Below are positions 32,758 to 44,587 of a DNA stretch of 64,000 bases, one piece after another. This stretch comes from Actinomycetes bacterium (lineage in GTDB: Bacteria; Actinomycetota; Actinomycetes; Nanopelagicales; Nanopelagicaceae), in assembly GCA_037138575.1 (NCBI GenBank), contig JBAXIC010000001.1, positions 1,556-65,555 of the forward strand, in the 5' to 3' direction. The position numbers and the translations under genes are program-made. Under the pieces are notes generated by a model. It did no database searches. It was not told where the DNA came from and worked only from the letters and a program-made list of their open reading frames with translations. How positions within the stretch are numbered: position 1 is the first letter of the stretch; every line of letters begins with the position of its first letter.

Positions 32758-33702
32758 TTATCCAACCAGTTTTGGGCCCATGATGTGGCCCAAATGCAGA
32801 GTCAATTTTGTGACATCGTGATGCACGCTGCCAGGAGCTTTGCGGATATCGGCTGAAATTACCCGGCCACCTAACTTTGCTGCGGCATCATCGAGAGCGG
32901 CTGAGTTTCTTATAACCGATGAATCAACTAGACAGTAGTCAATTGTGAGCTCGGGGGCATATTTATGGAAAAACTCAAGATGTTCCTCCGGCGTTGAACC
33001 CGCGAACTCATCTCCGGTCGATGAACTAGAAGCGTCAAGATTAAGAATCAAAATCTTTTTCGCTTTGGTACGGATGAGAGCATCTTGTTGCATCGGAACC
33101 ATTAAATGCGGCATGACCGATGAAAACCATGACCCCGGACCCATTGTTATCCAATCGGCGGTTCGAATAGCAGTTAACGCCTCCGGTAACGCTTGCGGAT
33201 TTTCCGGAATAACCCGTAGAGATTCTATTCGCCCCTTAGCCGTTGCGACTTCTTTTTGCCCACGCACAACTATGCGACCAGTTGAAGTATTAAATGTTCC
33301 TTCAATATCTAGAGGTACGGCAGCCATTGGAAGTACACGGCCAATGACTTTCAAAAGCTGGCCAACTCGATCTAAGCCAACTACGGGATCTTCATTTTCA
33401 TTCCACAAAGATGCTAGAAGAAGATTACCCATTGCATGGCCATTAAGTGAGCCGTCACTTTCAAATCGATGTTGCATAATGTTGGCCCACGTTCGGCCCC
33501 ACTCATCATCTGCACACAAAGCTGCCAATGCCATACGTAAATCTCCAGGAGGAAGAATAGGAAACTCTTCGCGTAAACGTCCGCTGGATCCCCCGTTGTC
33601 GGCAACGGTAACTATTGCAGTGATCTCATTTGTCAACTGTCGAAGTGCCGATAATGTCGCAGCTAAGCCGTGGCCCCCGCCAAGTGCGACTACTTTTTGC
33701 AA
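32758..33702 (-). CDS. yvcK: YvcK/CuvA (UPF0052) UDP-GlcNAc-binding gluconeogenesis/morphogenesis factor
   Basis: [29 protein letters not shown] and GPGSWFSSV motifs; rapZ-yvcK-whiA synteny. Confidence 0.93.
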   Translation of the reverse strand: MQKVVALGGGHGLAATLSALRQLTNEITAIVTVADNGGSSGRLREEFPILPPGDLRMALAALCADDEWGRTWANIMQHRFESDGSLNGHAMGNLLLASLWNENEDPVVGLDRVGQLLKVIGRVLPMAAVPLDIEGTFNTSTGRIVVRGQKEVATAKGRIESLRVIPENPQALPEALTAIRTADWITMGPGSWFSSVMPHLMVPMQQDALIRTKAKKILILNLDASSSSTGDEFAGSTPEEHLEFFHKYAPELTIDYCLVDSSVIRNSAALDDAAAKLGGRVISADIRKAPGSVHHDVTKLTLHLGHIMGPKLVG

Positions 33703-33705
33703 GAG

Positions 33706-34563
33706 TTACTCGCGTCCGACATCTCGGTGGGTTGCATAAGCAGATACATCATCAACAGTTAATTGGCGTGCTATTTCCTGGGCAATTGCCACACTTCGGT
33801 GTTTTCCACCTGTGCAGCCAACAGAGATAGTTACAAACTTCTTTCCCTCGTGCATGTAACCAGGAAGCATTGATGAGATGAGGTGAACATAATCCTGAAC
33901 AAAATCTGCCACTCCCTCGCTGCCCAAAACTTTATCGGACACTTGTTGAGTTAATCCAGTGAGGGGACGGAGCTCGGGAATCCAGTGCGGGTTTGGAATA
34001 AATCTACAATCTAAAACTAAATCGGAATCAACTGGAATTCCATACTTATAGCCAAATGAAAGTACATTTATTCGAATGCCTTGAATTTTTCCGCCACCGA
34101 AGATTTCGCCTATGCGTTTTTCGAGTTGATGAACATTAAGATTTGTCGTGTCTATTGCTATGTCGCACTCGGCACGAACCTCTTCAAGCTTTGCCCGCTC
34201 GCGTGCAATTCCATCTACGATGCGATCTCCGCCTTGTAACGGATGTGGTCTGCGAGTCGATTCAAAACGCTGAACCAGGGCTTGATCGGTTGCATCTAGA
34301 AAGACCAATCGATATGCGAATTCATTTCTCTTTAGTTCTGCTAACGCTGCGGTAAGTTCGTCGAAGAAATGACCACCGCGAACATCGACTACAACTGCAT
34401 ATTCTTTTCCGACCGATCCAGTTCCTTTGCTAACAAGAGCGGGCAACAAAGCAGGAGGAAGGTTGTCGACAACATACCAACCTAGATCTTCAAGTGCGTG
34501 GGCAACGGTTGAACGCCCCGCCCCTGACATGCCCGTTAGCACCAGTACTTCTTTGGTAGTCAT
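33706..34563 (-). CDS. rapZ: RNase adapter RapZ/YvcJ P-loop protein
   Basis: TGMSGAGRS, VVDNLP, RRPHPLQ, SFGYKYG and GCTGGKHRS motifs. Confidence 0.96.
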   Translation of the reverse strand: MTTKEVLVLTGMSGAGRSTVAHALEDLGWYVVDNLPPALLPALVSKGTGSVGKEYAVVVDVRGGHFFDELTAALAELKRNEFAYRLVFLDATDQALVQRFESTRRPHPLQGGDRIVDGIARERAKLEEVRAECDIAIDTTNLNVHQLEKRIGEIFGGGKIQGIRINVLSFGYKYGIPVDSDLVLDCRFIPNPHWIPELRPLTGLTQQVSDKVLGSEGVADFVQDYVHLISSMLPGYMHEGKKFVTISVGCTGGKHRSVAIAQEIARQLTVDDVSAYATHRDVGRE

Positions 34564-34567
34564 GTCT

Positions 34568-35548
34568 TTATCCTCTTACATCTGTCAAGAACCCACTAAT
34601 ACGCTCCATCGTTTTATCAAGATAGGCCGGCAGCATCGCTTTGTGCTCTAGGTTTTTGGTCTCATAGAGATAGTTAAGAAGAACAAGGCGACGTTGCAAA
34701 AGCAGTGATGCCATTTGAAGCTCTGTATATGCGGGTAATTCACTGATGGATTGATAACCCTTTAAAAATGCGCTCTTCTGCTCTGGGGTATCTAGGTAAT
34801 ACAGCGCGACAGCTAAATCCTGCTGTGGGATTCCAAAACCACAATCGTCGAAATCAAAGATTGAAAGTCGCCCTTCATGCCACATCAAATTCCACCCATG
34901 CATATCTGCATGAATAATTTGAGTTGAGGTTGATTTGTAGAGCGCAGAAGTGTCGGCTTGAATAATTTCTACCGCTTCTCGAATAGATAAGAGCTGCTCA
35001 GTTGGCACGATGGATTGCTGCGAAAGAAGAAAATCCTGAGTCCCCCACAGCCAATCATCAAATGTTGGAAGTTCGGCAGGAGGAGTCAGCTTGAACGCTT
35101 TAGAAGATTGATGCAAAGTAGCCATCGCTGCACCAACTGTGAACATCTGCTCAGGGGAAGCCTCATCGCCAAGCTCCTCGCCCTCAAGCCACGTATAAAG
35201 AATTGCTTGTAGTACCCGGCCGGAATCCTGATGCATCAATGTAGATATGAAGCTATCAGACCCATTTGCAATAGGACGAGGAAGAGATATCCCAGGGATT
35301 CTTGTGAGGAAATTTACCCACTCAATCTCGGCTAACATATTTTCAGGCGTTCGGGTCGAGTTGGTATTTATCCGCAAAGCAAATTTTTCTCCAGATGCGG
35401 TCACAACAGAAAATGTGGCGTTAAATTCATAGTTAATGCATTTAATCTCTACATCGTGTAAACCATACTGTCCAAGCAGTTCACGGGCACTGTGAGTTAA
35501 AGATTTGATTTGCTCATCGTTTGAAATTTCGAAGAAATCCTGACTCAT
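34568..35548 (-). CDS. APH/ChoK-fold phosphotransferase, substrate unknown
   Basis: FALRI N-lobe, IHADMHGWN catalytic loop, FDFDDCG metal-binding motif, DLAVAL. Confidence 0.85.
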   Translation of the reverse strand: MSQDFFEISNDEQIKSLTHSARELLGQYGLHDVEIKCINYEFNATFSVVTASGEKFALRINTNSTRTPENMLAEIEWVNFLTRIPGISLPRPIANGSDSFISTLMHQDSGRVLQAILYTWLEGEELGDEASPEQMFTVGAAMATLHQSSKAFKLTPPAELPTFDDWLWGTQDFLLSQQSIVPTEQLLSIREAVEIIQADTSALYKSTSTQIIHADMHGWNLMWHEGRLSIFDFDDCGFGIPQQDLAVALYYLDTPEQKSAFLKGYQSISELPAYTELQMASLLLQRRLVLLNYLYETKNLEHKAMLPAYLDKTMERISGFLTDVRG

Positions 35549-35551
35549 TTC

Positions 35552-37471
35552 TTAGCTCTCCACAATCTCTCCTGTGAGGGTATTAATCTGTTGAGTGCTC
35601 ATTAAAGTCAACTGTTGACTAATTAACGTTGCAATCTTTGGCCCGATACCTGGAGTTGCGGCGATATCTTCGGTGGTAGCTTTTCGAATCGCAGCCACAG
35701 AACCGAAACGTTCGAGTAGAGCCTTTCTCCGCGCCTGACCGAGTTGTGGAATTTCATCGAGGATTGATTCCAACATAACTTTGGAACGCCTGGATCTATG
35801 AAAAGTGATTGCAAATCTATGGGCTTCATCGCGAATACGCTGCAAAAGATAGAGACCCTCACTTGAACGCGGCAAAATCAAAGGATCAGTCGAACCCGGA
35901 ATCCAAACTTCTTCCAATCTTTTCGCTAAGCCACAAAGAGCAATATCGGTGATACCAAGCTGGGATAAAGCTCGTGCTGCAGCATTTACCTGTGGCTGAC
36001 CGCCGTCAACGACAATAAGTTGTGGAGGATAAGAAAACTTACTTAATTTTCCACCTAGTTCAGCGACCTCGGCTTCATCTACAGAGCGATCATCAAGTAA
36101 ACGTTTCAGACGCCTTGTAATAACTTGATGCATCGCCCGAGTGTCGTCGAAACCCTCATCGGTATTGATTATAAATCGCCGATATTCGCTTTTCTTCGCC
36201 AAACCATCCTCGAAAACAACCATCGATGCAACAACCGAAGTTCCTGAGATATTGGAGATGTCGAAACACTCGATACGAAGAGGGGTGCGCTCTAGATCTA
36301 AAGCCTCCTCAATTTCCAGCAATGCTTTACCGCTCACAGCTGCATCATTTGCTCGCTTACTTAAGAATTGAATCAGAGAGTATTGAGCATTGCGTTTTAC
36401 AGTTGCGAGGATTTCAACTTTTTCTCCTCGCTGAGGAACCTTGAGCGAAACTGGCGCACCTCGCAAACCAGAAAGCCATGCTTCTAGGGCAGTGGCATCT
36501 AAAGGGCGTTCGTTGATTAGGATTTCGGCTGGAATATCATTCGGAGAGCTTTGGCTATAGATTGAATAGAAAAGTGCGCCCATTTCGTCATCGCCCTCAA
36601 GAGATCTGCTTTGATCAACAATCCATGAACGAGAACCTTTAATGGCTCCCCCGCGCACAATGAATATTGAACCAGCTGCATGGGCACCGTCGTGATGTAT
36701 CGCAACAATGTCAGCAGTTAGGTTTTCGGGCAAAGCTGCTTCGGCAGACTCTTGTGCCCGTTCAATCGCACCTATTGAGTCGCGAATTTTGCTTGCACGT
36801 TCAAACTCCTCGCGTTCTGAAGCTAACACCATCTCGGCTTTGAGTGTTGGAACAATGTCGGCGTTTCCGTTAGACATGAAGGAAACTAACCGGTTTGACA
36901 GTGCTTTATGATCTTCTTTACTAATCCACTCAACACATGGTGCTGCACATTTTCCAATATCACCTAGCAAACACTGTCGTTTTGAACGTTGGGCTCGCGC
37001 AAAATTGCTTGTCGTGCACGAACGAATTGGAAAAGTTTTAAGGATCACATCAAAGGTGCTTCGCAATGCCCAAGTATGCGTAAAAGGGCCAAAATATGAA
37101 ATTCCAGGGCGCTTAGATTTTCGCGTAATAAAAATCCGTGGGAATTCTTCATTACTCGTAATTGCAAGATAGGGATAGGACTTATCGTCGCGAAACTGAA
37201 CATTGTATTGAGGGGCATATTGCTTGATCCACGAAAACTCTAACTGCAACGCTTCAACTTCGGTGTCTACAATTGTCCAGTCAACACGCACAGCCTGATG
37301 AACCATTCGATAAGTTTTCTCTGCCAAGTTGCCCTGAAAATAATTGCTTAACCGGTTCTTTAAATTGATTGCCTTACCTACGTAGATAACGGTGTCGGTG
37401 CCATCATAAAAACGATAGACCCCAGGCAGTTTTGGAATATCGGTTGGACGATAACTTTGGGGATCTGCCAT
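35552..37471 (-). CDS. uvrC: Excinuclease ABC subunit C
   Basis: GIY-YIG domain (PGVYRF..IYVGKA), RIECFDIS, VDGG, QRIRDEAHRFAI and HhH motifs. Confidence 0.98.
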   Translation of the reverse strand: MADPQSYRPTDIPKLPGVYRFYDGTDTVIYVGKAINLKNRLSNYFQGNLAEKTYRMVHQAVRVDWTIVDTEVEALQLEFSWIKQYAPQYNVQFRDDKSYPYLAITSNEEFPRIFITRKSKRPGISYFGPFTHTWALRSTFDVILKTFPIRSCTTSNFARAQRSKRQCLLGDIGKCAAPCVEWISKEDHKALSNRLVSFMSNGNADIVPTLKAEMVLASEREEFERASKIRDSIGAIERAQESAEAALPENLTADIVAIHHDGAHAAGSIFIVRGGAIKGSRSWIVDQSRSLEGDDEMGALFYSIYSQSSPNDIPAEILINERPLDATALEAWLSGLRGAPVSLKVPQRGEKVEILATVKRNAQYSLIQFLSKRANDAAVSGKALLEIEEALDLERTPLRIECFDISNISGTSVVASMVVFEDGLAKKSEYRRFIINTDEGFDDTRAMHQVITRRLKRLLDDRSVDEAEVAELGGKLSKFSYPPQLIVVDGGQPQVNAAARALSQLGITDIALCGLAKRLEEVWIPGSTDPLILPRSSEGLYLLQRIRDEAHRFAITFHRSRRSKVMLESILDEIPQLGQARRKALLERFGSVAAIRKATTEDIAATPGIGPKIATLISQQLTLMSTQQINTLTGEIVES

Positions 37472-37476
37472 AGCAA

Positions 37477-40335
37477 CTACTTCTTTGTCAATACTTTTCG
37501 ATTGGTTGCCAAAATCTCACCTAAGAACTGACCGGTATAACTAGCTTTGACTTTGGCAACATCCTCTGGAGTGCCTTGGGCAACAACTAATCCCCCTCGG
37601 AAGCCGCCTTCTGGCCCCATGTCGATGACCCAGTCAGATGATTTAATAACGTCTAAATTATGTTCAATAACTACAACCGTGTTGCCCGTATCCACTAATC
37701 GATTGAGAACTCCTAAGAGCTTACTGACATCTTCAAAGTGCAGTCCAGTTGTTGGTTCATCCAAAACATATATAGTTCGGCCAGTCGATCGACGTTGTAG
37801 CTCCGTAGCTAATTTAACTCGTTGAGCCTCTCCACCAGAAAGCGTTGGTGCTGATTGACCTAATCGCACATAGCCAAGACCTACGTCGTTAAGCGTCTTT
37901 AAGTAGCGAGCAATGGCCGGTACAGATTCAAAAAACTCGGCAGCATGTTCAATGGGCATATCCAAGACATCGGCAATGGTCTTGCCTTTGTAATGGACTT
38001 CCAAAGTCTCTCGGTTGTATCTGGCACCATGACAGACTTCGCAAGGAACATAAACATCTGGCAAGAAGTTCATTTCAATTGTGATTGTTCCATCACCTGA
38101 ACAGTTCTCACAGCGGCCGCCCTTTACGTTAAAGGAGAAGCGCCCTTGTTGATAGCCACGAATCTTTGCTTCAGATGTTTCCGCAAAAAGTGCACGGACT
38201 TTGTCGAATACTCCTGTGTATGTAGCCGGGTTAGATCTAGGGGTGCGACCAATCGGAGATTGATCAACGTGAACAACTTTATCTAGAAGATCGATGCCCG
38301 TAACAGTTCGGTGACGACCAGGAACCATGCGCGCACCATTGAGCTTGTTAGCTAGCACCGTATACAAAATATCGTTGACTAATGTTGATTTACCAGAGCC
38401 ACTCACGCCGGTAACTGATACGAAAACTCCTAGTGGAACTTCTACATCGATATTTTGAAGGTTATTCTCTTTCGCGCCTTTAACAACTAGCTGACGCTTT
38501 ACATCTATAGGTCGGCGCTTTTCTGGAATTGCAATTGATTTGCGACCCGATAGGTACGCCCCCGTTATAGATTCCTCTGATGCAATTAAATCTTCATAAC
38601 TTCCAGAGACGACGACCTTGCCACCGTGCTCACCGGCGCCAGGTCCGATATCTACGACCCAATCTGCGGTGCGAATAGTTTCTTCATCATGCTCTACAAC
38701 GATGAGAGTGTTACCAAGATTGCGCAAGCGTGTAAGGGTGTCTATGAGTCGTCGATTATCACGTTGATGAAGACCAATGCTTGGCTCATCTAAGACGTAG
38801 AGAACGCCAACTAAACCGCTACCGATTTGAGTTGCTAAGCGAATTCTTTGTGCCTCGCCGCCAGACAAAGTCCCGGCCGGGCGTGCTAACGAAAGGTAAT
38901 CCAAACCAACATCTAGTAAAAATCCTAGACGTGCATGTACTTCTTTCATTACGCGCTCGGCAATCTGGGCTTCGCGTTTATTAAGTTTGATCGCTTTTAA
39001 AAACTCTGCGCAATCCATGATTGAAAGCTCAGTTATTTCGCTAATGTTTTTACCACCAAGGGTTACTGCCAAAACTTCAGGCTTTAGACGCGCACCATTA
39101 CAGACATCGCAAGGGGTTTCGCGCATGTAAGCCTCATATTTATCGCGGCTGTAATCGCTATCGGTCTCGCTATGGCGCCGGTGAATAAATGGCACAACGC
39201 CTTCGAATCCAGTTGTGTAGTTTTTAGTTCCATATCGACCTTTGTACTTCATCTTAATTTCATATTCATAGCCGTTGATGATTGCATCACGTGCTTTTAC
39301 TGAAATCTTCTTCCACGGTGTATCGAGTGAGAAGGAGACGTCTTTGGCAAGGGCTTCAAGTAGTCGTAAGAAATAATCAGAGGATTGCCCACCCGACCAT
39401 GGTGCGATTGCGCCTTCATTAATTGAGATGGAATCATCAGGAATAATTAAGTCGTTATCTACTTCCAACTTGGTTCCGATTCCCGAACACTCGGGACAGG
39501 CGCCAAATGGAGAGTTAAAAGAAAACGAACGTGGTTCTAACTCTTCAAAAGATAGATTGCAATCATGGCAGGCTAGATGTTCGCTGAAAGTTCGCTCTTT
39601 TTCATCTGCTTTTGCATCAACAAAATCAAGCAAGACGATTCCTGAGGCTAGGCGTAAAGCTGTTTCAATCGAATCTGTTAATCGGGTTTTGGATTCAACC
39701 TTTGCAGTTAAGCGATCAACAACAACTTCAATCGTGTGCTTTTCCTGCTTCTTTAACTTTGGAACATCGGTGAGCTGGATTACTTCGCCATCTACACGCG
39801 CGCGCGAAAATCCCTGAGTAATTAAGTCGGCAAAGAGATCGACGAACTCGCCTTTACGTGCTCTAACAATCGGTGCTAAAACCTGGAACTTAGTTGTTGC
39901 AGGCATTGCTAAAATTTGATCAACAATCTGTTGGGGCGACTGGCGAGTTACTGCTTTGCCGCAGTTAGGGCAGTGTGGGCGACCTGCGCGTGCAAAGAGA
40001 AGACGTAAATAGTCATAGACCTCGGTGATTGTGCCTACGGTCGAACGGGGATTTCGATTTGTTGATTTCTGATCGATGGAAACCGCTGGCGAAAGCCCTT
40101 CAATAAAATCAACATCAGGTTTATCCATCTGGCCCAAAAATTGGCGTGCATAGGCCGATAGGGATTCAACATAACGGCGCTGGCCTTCGGCAAAGATAGT
40201 GTCAAAAGCCAGTGATGACTTTCCAGATCCAGAGAGTCCGGTAAATACAATAAGGGCGTTTCGAGGAAGCTCAATAGAAACATTCTTGAGATTGTGCTCG
40301 CGGGCTCCCCGAACAATGAGCTTATCTATAGTCAC
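37477..40335 (-). CDS. uvrA: Excinuclease ABC subunit A
   Basis: GAREHNLKN, two ABC modules ([24 protein letters not shown]) and Zn fingers. Confidence 0.99.
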   Translation of the reverse strand: MTIDKLIVRGAREHNLKNVSIELPRNALIVFTGLSGSGKSSLAFDTIFAEGQRRYVESLSAYARQFLGQMDKPDVDFIEGLSPAVSIDQKSTNRNPRSTVGTITEVYDYLRLLFARAGRPHCPNCGKAVTRQSPQQIVDQILAMPATTKFQVLAPIVRARKGEFVDLFADLITQGFSRARVDGEVIQLTDVPKLKKQEKHTIEVVVDRLTAKVESKTRLTDSIETALRLASGIVLLDFVDAKADEKERTFSEHLACHDCNLSFEELEPRSFSFNSPFGACPECSGIGTKLEVDNDLIIPDDSISINEGAIAPWSGGQSSDYFLRLLEALAKDVSFSLDTPWKKISVKARDAIINGYEYEIKMKYKGRYGTKNYTTGFEGVVPFIHRRHSETDSDYSRDKYEAYMRETPCDVCNGARLKPEVLAVTLGGKNISEITELSIMDCAEFLKAIKLNKREAQIAERVMKEVHARLGFLLDVGLDYLSLARPAGTLSGGEAQRIRLATQIGSGLVGVLYVLDEPSIGLHQRDNRRLIDTLTRLRNLGNTLIVVEHDEETIRTADWVVDIGPGAGEHGGKVVVSGSYEDLIASEESITGAYLSGRKSIAIPEKRRPIDVKRQLVVKGAKENNLQNIDVEVPLGVFVSVTGVSGSGKSTLVNDILYTVLANKLNGARMVPGRHRTVTGIDLLDKVVHVDQSPIGRTPRSNPATYTGVFDKVRALFAETSEAKIRGYQQGRFSFNVKGGRCENCSGDGTITIEMNFLPDVYVPCEVCHGARYNRETLEVHYKGKTIADVLDMPIEHAAEFFESVPAIARYLKTLNDVGLGYVRLGQSAPTLSGGEAQRVKLATELQRRSTGRTIYVLDEPTTGLHFEDVSKLLGVLNRLVDTGNTVVVIEHNLDVIKSSDWVIDMGPEGGFRGGLVVAQGTPEDVAKVKASYTGQFLGEILATNRKVLTKK

Positions 40336-42416
40336 TAAACCCCAGCCTCTTCCATCGAACGTAGTTCCTTCTTCAAAATCTTTATCTCATCGCGCAAACG
40401 TGCCGCGACTTCAAATTGCAGATCTCCAGCTGCAGCGCGCATCTGATCAGTGAGCGAGCCTATCAACGCCATTAACTCTTGGCGCGGTAGCGATGCCAGC
40501 GATTTCACATATAAACCAGCGGTAGTCGCACTCTTCTGATTGGCCTTCTTATTTGATGCTAATAATTCATCCGTGTCTTCAGATTCTCGATTGATCAAGT
40601 CAGTGATGTCAGCAATCTTCTTGCGAAGCGGCTGAGGGTCCACTCCTTTTTCAAGGTTGTATGCAACTTGCTTAGCACGGCGGCGATTAGTTTCATCGAT
40701 TGCCTTGGCCATTGAAGCCGTGATGTTGTCAGCATACATATGCACTTCGCCTGAAACATTTCGAGCAGCACGGCCGATAGTTTGAATAAGAGATGTGGCA
40801 GAACGCAAGAAGCCTTCTTTATCGGCATCTAAAATAGCGACAAGAGAGACTTCAGGAAGATCTAGACCTTCGCGCAATAAATTGATTCCAATCAAAACAT
40901 CGTATTCACCTATGCGAAGCTCACGCAGAAGCTCGACTCGGCGCAAAGTATCTACTTCAGAGTGTAGATAGCGAACTCGTACTCCCTTCTCTTGAAGGTA
41001 GTCCGTCAAATCTTCGCTCATCTTTTTAGTTAGCGTGGTTACTAGTACGCGTTCATTTCGCTCTGCGCGAATCGTAATTTCATTAAGAAGATCATCAATC
41101 TGTCCCTTGATTGGTTTTATAACAATCTGAGGATCAACTAATCCTGTTGGACGAATAACCTGCTCAACGACATCGCCTTCAACTTTGGCCATCTCGTATT
41201 TTCCAGGAGTTGCTGAAAGGTAAAGTTTTTGACCTGTACGTTCTAGAAATTCAGGGAATTTGAGTGGACGGTTATCCAATGCACTCGGCAATCTAAAACC
41301 ATGCTCTACAAGGGTTCGCTTTCGAGAAGCGTCCCCTTCAAACATTGCGCCAAGTTGTGGGACAGTCACATGGCTTTCATCTATGACAACTAAGAAATCT
41401 TCGGGGAAATAATCCAACAAGCAGTTTGGCGCAGAACCAGGGCCACGATCATCAAGATGTCGTGAATAGTTTTCGATCCCGCTACAGAATCCGATTTGTT
41501 CCATCATCTCGATATCAAAGGTTGTACGCATGCGAAGTCGCTGGGCTTCAAGTAACTTGCCCTGCTTTTCAAGTAAATTGAGTTGCACCTGAAGTTCATC
41601 TTGAATATCGCCGATGGCCCGCTTCATGGTTTCAGGTCCGGCTGCATAGTGTGTGGCCGGAAAGATATACATCTCGGTTTCATCGCGCATGATTTCACCC
41701 GTTAAGGGATGAAGAGTGGTGATCTTTTCAATCTCATCACCAAACATTTCGATTCGGATTGCGAGCTCTTCATACATTGGAATAATTTCGATTGTGTCCC
41801 CACGGACTCGGAAAGTTCCACGTTCGAAGGCCACATCGTTGCGCTTGTATTGGACATCGACGAACTTGCGCAACAGGGCATTGCGTTCGATCTCATCCCC
41901 CACCCGCAACTTAATCATGCGATCTACATACTCCTGTGGGGTACCCAAACCATAAATGCAGGAAACTGTGGCAACTACGATCACATCGCGGCGCGTCAGA
42001 AGCGAATTAGTTGCCGAGTGACGCAAACGTTCGACCTCATCGTTAACGCTGGAATCCTTTTCAATAAAGGTATCGGTCTGAGGAACATATGCTTCCGGTT
42101 GGTAATAGTCATAGTAAGAGACGAAATATTCCACGGCGTTATTTGGAAGAAGTTCTCGAAACTCATTAGCTAACTGAGCGGCCAAGGTTTTATTTGGGGC
42201 CAAGACAAGGGTTGGTCTCTGTAGTTTTTCAATTAGCCAAGCTGTAGTTGCCGATTTTCCAGTGCCCGTGGCACCGAGAAGAACTACGTCCTGCTCGCCG
42301 GCGTTAATCCGCCGCGCAATTTCAGCGATAGCTTCAGGCTGATCGCCGGCAGGAACATAATCACTAATTACTTGAAATGGCTCGACTCTTCGCTGAAGTT
42401 CAGAGATTGGGCGCAT
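40335..42416 (-). CDS. uvrB: Excinuclease ABC subunit B
   Basis: [27 protein letters not shown] and LLREGLD motifs. Confidence 0.99.
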   Translation of the reverse strand: MRPISELQRRVEPFQVISDYVPAGDQPEAIAEIARRINAGEQDVVLLGATGTGKSATTAWLIEKLQRPTLVLAPNKTLAAQLANEFRELLPNNAVEYFVSYYDYYQPEAYVPQTDTFIEKDSSVNDEVERLRHSATNSLLTRRDVIVVATVSCIYGLGTPQEYVDRMIKLRVGDEIERNALLRKFVDVQYKRNDVAFERGTFRVRGDTIEIIPMYEELAIRIEMFGDEIEKITTLHPLTGEIMRDETEMYIFPATHYAAGPETMKRAIGDIQDELQVQLNLLEKQGKLLEAQRLRMRTTFDIEMMEQIGFCSGIENYSRHLDDRGPGSAPNCLLDYFPEDFLVVIDESHVTVPQLGAMFEGDASRKRTLVEHGFRLPSALDNRPLKFPEFLERTGQKLYLSATPGKYEMAKVEGDVVEQVIRPTGLVDPQIVIKPIKGQIDDLLNEITIRAERNERVLVTTLTKKMSEDLTDYLQEKGVRVRYLHSEVDTLRRVELLRELRIGEYDVLIGINLLREGLDLPEVSLVAILDADKEGFLRSATSLIQTIGRAARNVSGEVHMYADNITASMAKAIDETNRRRAKQVAYNLEKGVDPQPLRKKIADITDLINRESEDTDELLASNKKANQKSATTAGLYVKSLASLPRQELMALIGSLTDQMRAAAGDLQFEVAARLRDEIKILKKELRSMEEAGV

Positions 42417-42425
42417 TTGCCAAGC

Positions 42426-43022
42426 CTACTTTTTTACATCCTTATCCGCGAGTTCATCCCAGATATTTTCAACTTTACGCAACAAATCATCTTCGCTGCC
42501 ATCATTTTCAATCAGAAAATCGGCGATTGATTCCCTCTGCTCGCGCGTTGCTTGGGCGGCAATTCGAGATTGGATTTCAGAGATATGCAGCCCTTTGGCA
42601 CGCAATCGTGAGATTCGATTCTCCATTGCCGCTTCAACAGTTATCACAACATCAAATCGATCTTGGGCATTTGTCTCATGCATCAATGGAATCTCGTAGA
42701 CCAAAACTTGATCGCCTTTAAGGGAGGCAACTGCTTCTTCAAACTCTTTACGTACCCATGGATGAATAATATTTTCAAGCTTTACTTTCAGCCCAGCATC
42801 CTTAAATACCAACTCGCCCAATGCTCGGCGATCAATGTCACCGTTCTTCAAAATTGAATCACCAAATACCGTGACAACCTCATCAAAACCAGAAGATCCG
42901 CGCTCTATTGCCGACCTCGCTAATTGATCGGCATCAATAACCATTGCGCCCAAATCAGCAAAAAATTCGGCGGCCAGCGACTTGCCACTGCCGATTCCGC
43001 CAGTCAGACCAATCACGCGCAT
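42426..43022 (-). CDS. coaE: Dephospho-CoA kinase
   Basis: GLTGGIGSGKS, IDAD, IDRRAL and IIHP motifs. Confidence 0.97.
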   Translation of the reverse strand: MRVIGLTGGIGSGKSLAAEFFADLGAMVIDADQLARSAIERGSSGFDEVVTVFGDSILKNGDIDRRALGELVFKDAGLKVKLENIIHPWVRKEFEEAVASLKGDQVLVYEIPLMHETNAQDRFDVVITVEAAMENRISRLRAKGLHISEIQSRIAAQATREQRESIADFLIENDGSEDDLLRKVENIWDELADKDVKK

Positions 43023-43059
43023 ATAGCAAGCCTACCTTTGAAGAATCAGATTTCTTGAA

Positions 43060-43119
43060 AAGGACTCAGCAGAAGTAAGAAAGGGTCAAACGTTCTGCTT
43101 TCGTCTTCGCTGAGTCCTT
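43060..43119. repeat. Long inverted repeat / stem-loop of unknown role
   Basis: Perfect 11-bp arms AAGGACTCAGC / GCTGAGTCCTT plus inner GAAG/CTTC and GAAAG/CTTTC pairings. Confidence 0.8.
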
Positions 43120-43120
43120 G

Positions 43121-43158
43121 AAAAGAAAAAGGACCCGACAGTTACGCCGAGTCCCTTT
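43121..43158 (-). terminator. Intrinsic terminator of rpsA
   Basis: Minus strand GGGACTCGGC-GTAACT-GTCGGGTCCT followed by TTTTCTTTT, just after the rpsA stop. Confidence 0.85.
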
Positions 43159-43171
43159 TATTTAAGTGTGT

Positions 43172-44533
43172 TTATTCAGCAGCTGAAGTTTCTTCTTCAT
43201 CTGCTGGAGTTGCAGCGGCATCTGCAGCTTTTGCTTCAGCCTTCTGCTTCTTGTGTGCCAAGAAACGCTCCTGAGCTTGGGCGTACTGCTGTTCCCACTC
43301 TTCGCGCTGTGTTTCAAATCCTGGCTTCCATTCTTGTGCTTCAGCATCGAAACCTTCTGGATAGATGAAGTTTCCTTCTGCATCGTAGCGAGCAGCCATT
43401 CCGTACTGAGTTGGATCAAATGCTTCGATCTCAATCTCATGTCCTTCATTAGCTTGCTTCAAAGATAGTGAAATGCGACGGCGCTCTAAATCGATATCGA
43501 TGATCTTTACAAATAGTTCGTCATCAACTTGAACAACCTGCTCAGGGATTTCAACGTGGCGTTCAGCCAACTCTGAAATGTGAACTAGGCCTTCAATGCC
43601 TTCGTGTACACGGATGAATGCTCCGAATGGAACAAGCTTTGTAACCACACCTGGAACAACCTGATTGATTGTGTGGGTGCGGGCAAATGCCTGCCATGGA
43701 TCTTCCTGTGTTGCCTTGAGTGAAAGTGAAACGCGCTCACGCTCGAAATCAACTTCAAGAACTTCCACAGTTACTTCATCGCCAACTTCAACAACTTCAC
43801 CTGGGTGATCGATGTGCTTCCATGAAAGCTCTGATACGTGAACAAGTCCATCTACGCCACCAAGGTCTACGAATGCACCGAAGTTAACGATTGATGAAAC
43901 AACACCTGTACGTACTTGACCCTTTTGTAGCTGGTTAAGGAATGTTGTACGTGATTCTGATTGAGTTTGTTCTAGGAATGCACGACGTGAAAGAACAACA
44001 TTGTTGCGGTTCTTATCAAGTTCGATGATTCGAGCTTCAACCTGCTTGCCAATGTAAGGAGTTAAGTCGCGAACACGACGCATTTCAACAAGGGATGCTG
44101 GCAAGAAGCCGCGAAGTCCGATGTCGACGATGAGTCCGCCCTTAACAACTTCAATAACTGTTCCGACAACAACTTCGTCGCGTTCCTTCTTGCCTTCGAT
44201 ATCTCCCCATGCGCGTTCGTACTGTGCGCGCTTCTTGGAAAGAATCAGGCGTCCTTCTTTATCTTCTTTTTGAAGAACAAGAGCTTCGATTGTCTCGCCA
44301 ACCTTGACGAGTGAGTTTGGATCTACATCGTGGCGAATTGAAAGCTCGCGTGAAGGAATAACTCCTTCTGTTTTGTATCCGATGTCTACAAGAACTTCTT
44401 CGCGTCCAACCTGGACGATTGTTCCTGTTACTAGATCTCCATCATTAAAATTTCTGATTGTGCCTTCGATTGCTGCTAGAAAGTCGGCAGCTGATCCGAT
44501 GTCATTTACTGCAATTACAGGTGCTGTAGTCAA
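43172..44533 (-). CDS. rpsA: 30S ribosomal protein S1
   Basis: Four S1 repeats (DIGYKTEG, DIGLRGFLPAS, DGLVHVSELSW, EGLVHISEL); TTG start after GGAG. Confidence 0.98.
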   Translation of the reverse strand: MTTAPVIAVNDIGSAADFLAAIEGTIRNFNDGDLVTGTIVQVGREEVLVDIGYKTEGVIPSRELSIRHDVDPNSLVKVGETIEALVLQKEDKEGRLILSKKRAQYERAWGDIEGKKERDEVVVGTVIEVVKGGLIVDIGLRGFLPASLVEMRRVRDLTPYIGKQVEARIIELDKNRNNVVLSRRAFLEQTQSESRTTFLNQLQKGQVRTGVVSSIVNFGAFVDLGGVDGLVHVSELSWKHIDHPGEVVEVGDEVTVEVLEVDFERERVSLSLKATQEDPWQAFARTHTINQVVPGVVTKLVPFGAFIRVHEGIEGLVHISELAERHVEIPEQVVQVDDELFVKIIDIDLERRRISLSLKQANEGHEIEIEAFDPTQYGMAARYDAEGNFIYPEGFDAEAQEWKPGFETQREEWEQQYAQAQERFLAHKKQKAEAKAADAAATPADEEETSAAE

Positions 44534-44587
44534 GTTGCTCCGTAGGGATAGATGAGTAGTAGTTCCCGCTTATGCGGCTGAAGGGCA

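Noticed and set aside
32945-33739. 264-aa plus-strand ORF antisense to yvcK
   Set aside because: Shadow ORF in register with a conserved gene; no SD or recognisable motif, Ser/Pro/Arg-rich composition.
35552-43060. LexA (TCGAAC-N4-GTTCGA) or PafBC-type promoter motif upstream of the uvr genes
   Set aside because: No convincing match seen by eye upstream of coaE, uvrB, uvrA or uvrC; a motif scan would be needed to claim true absence.
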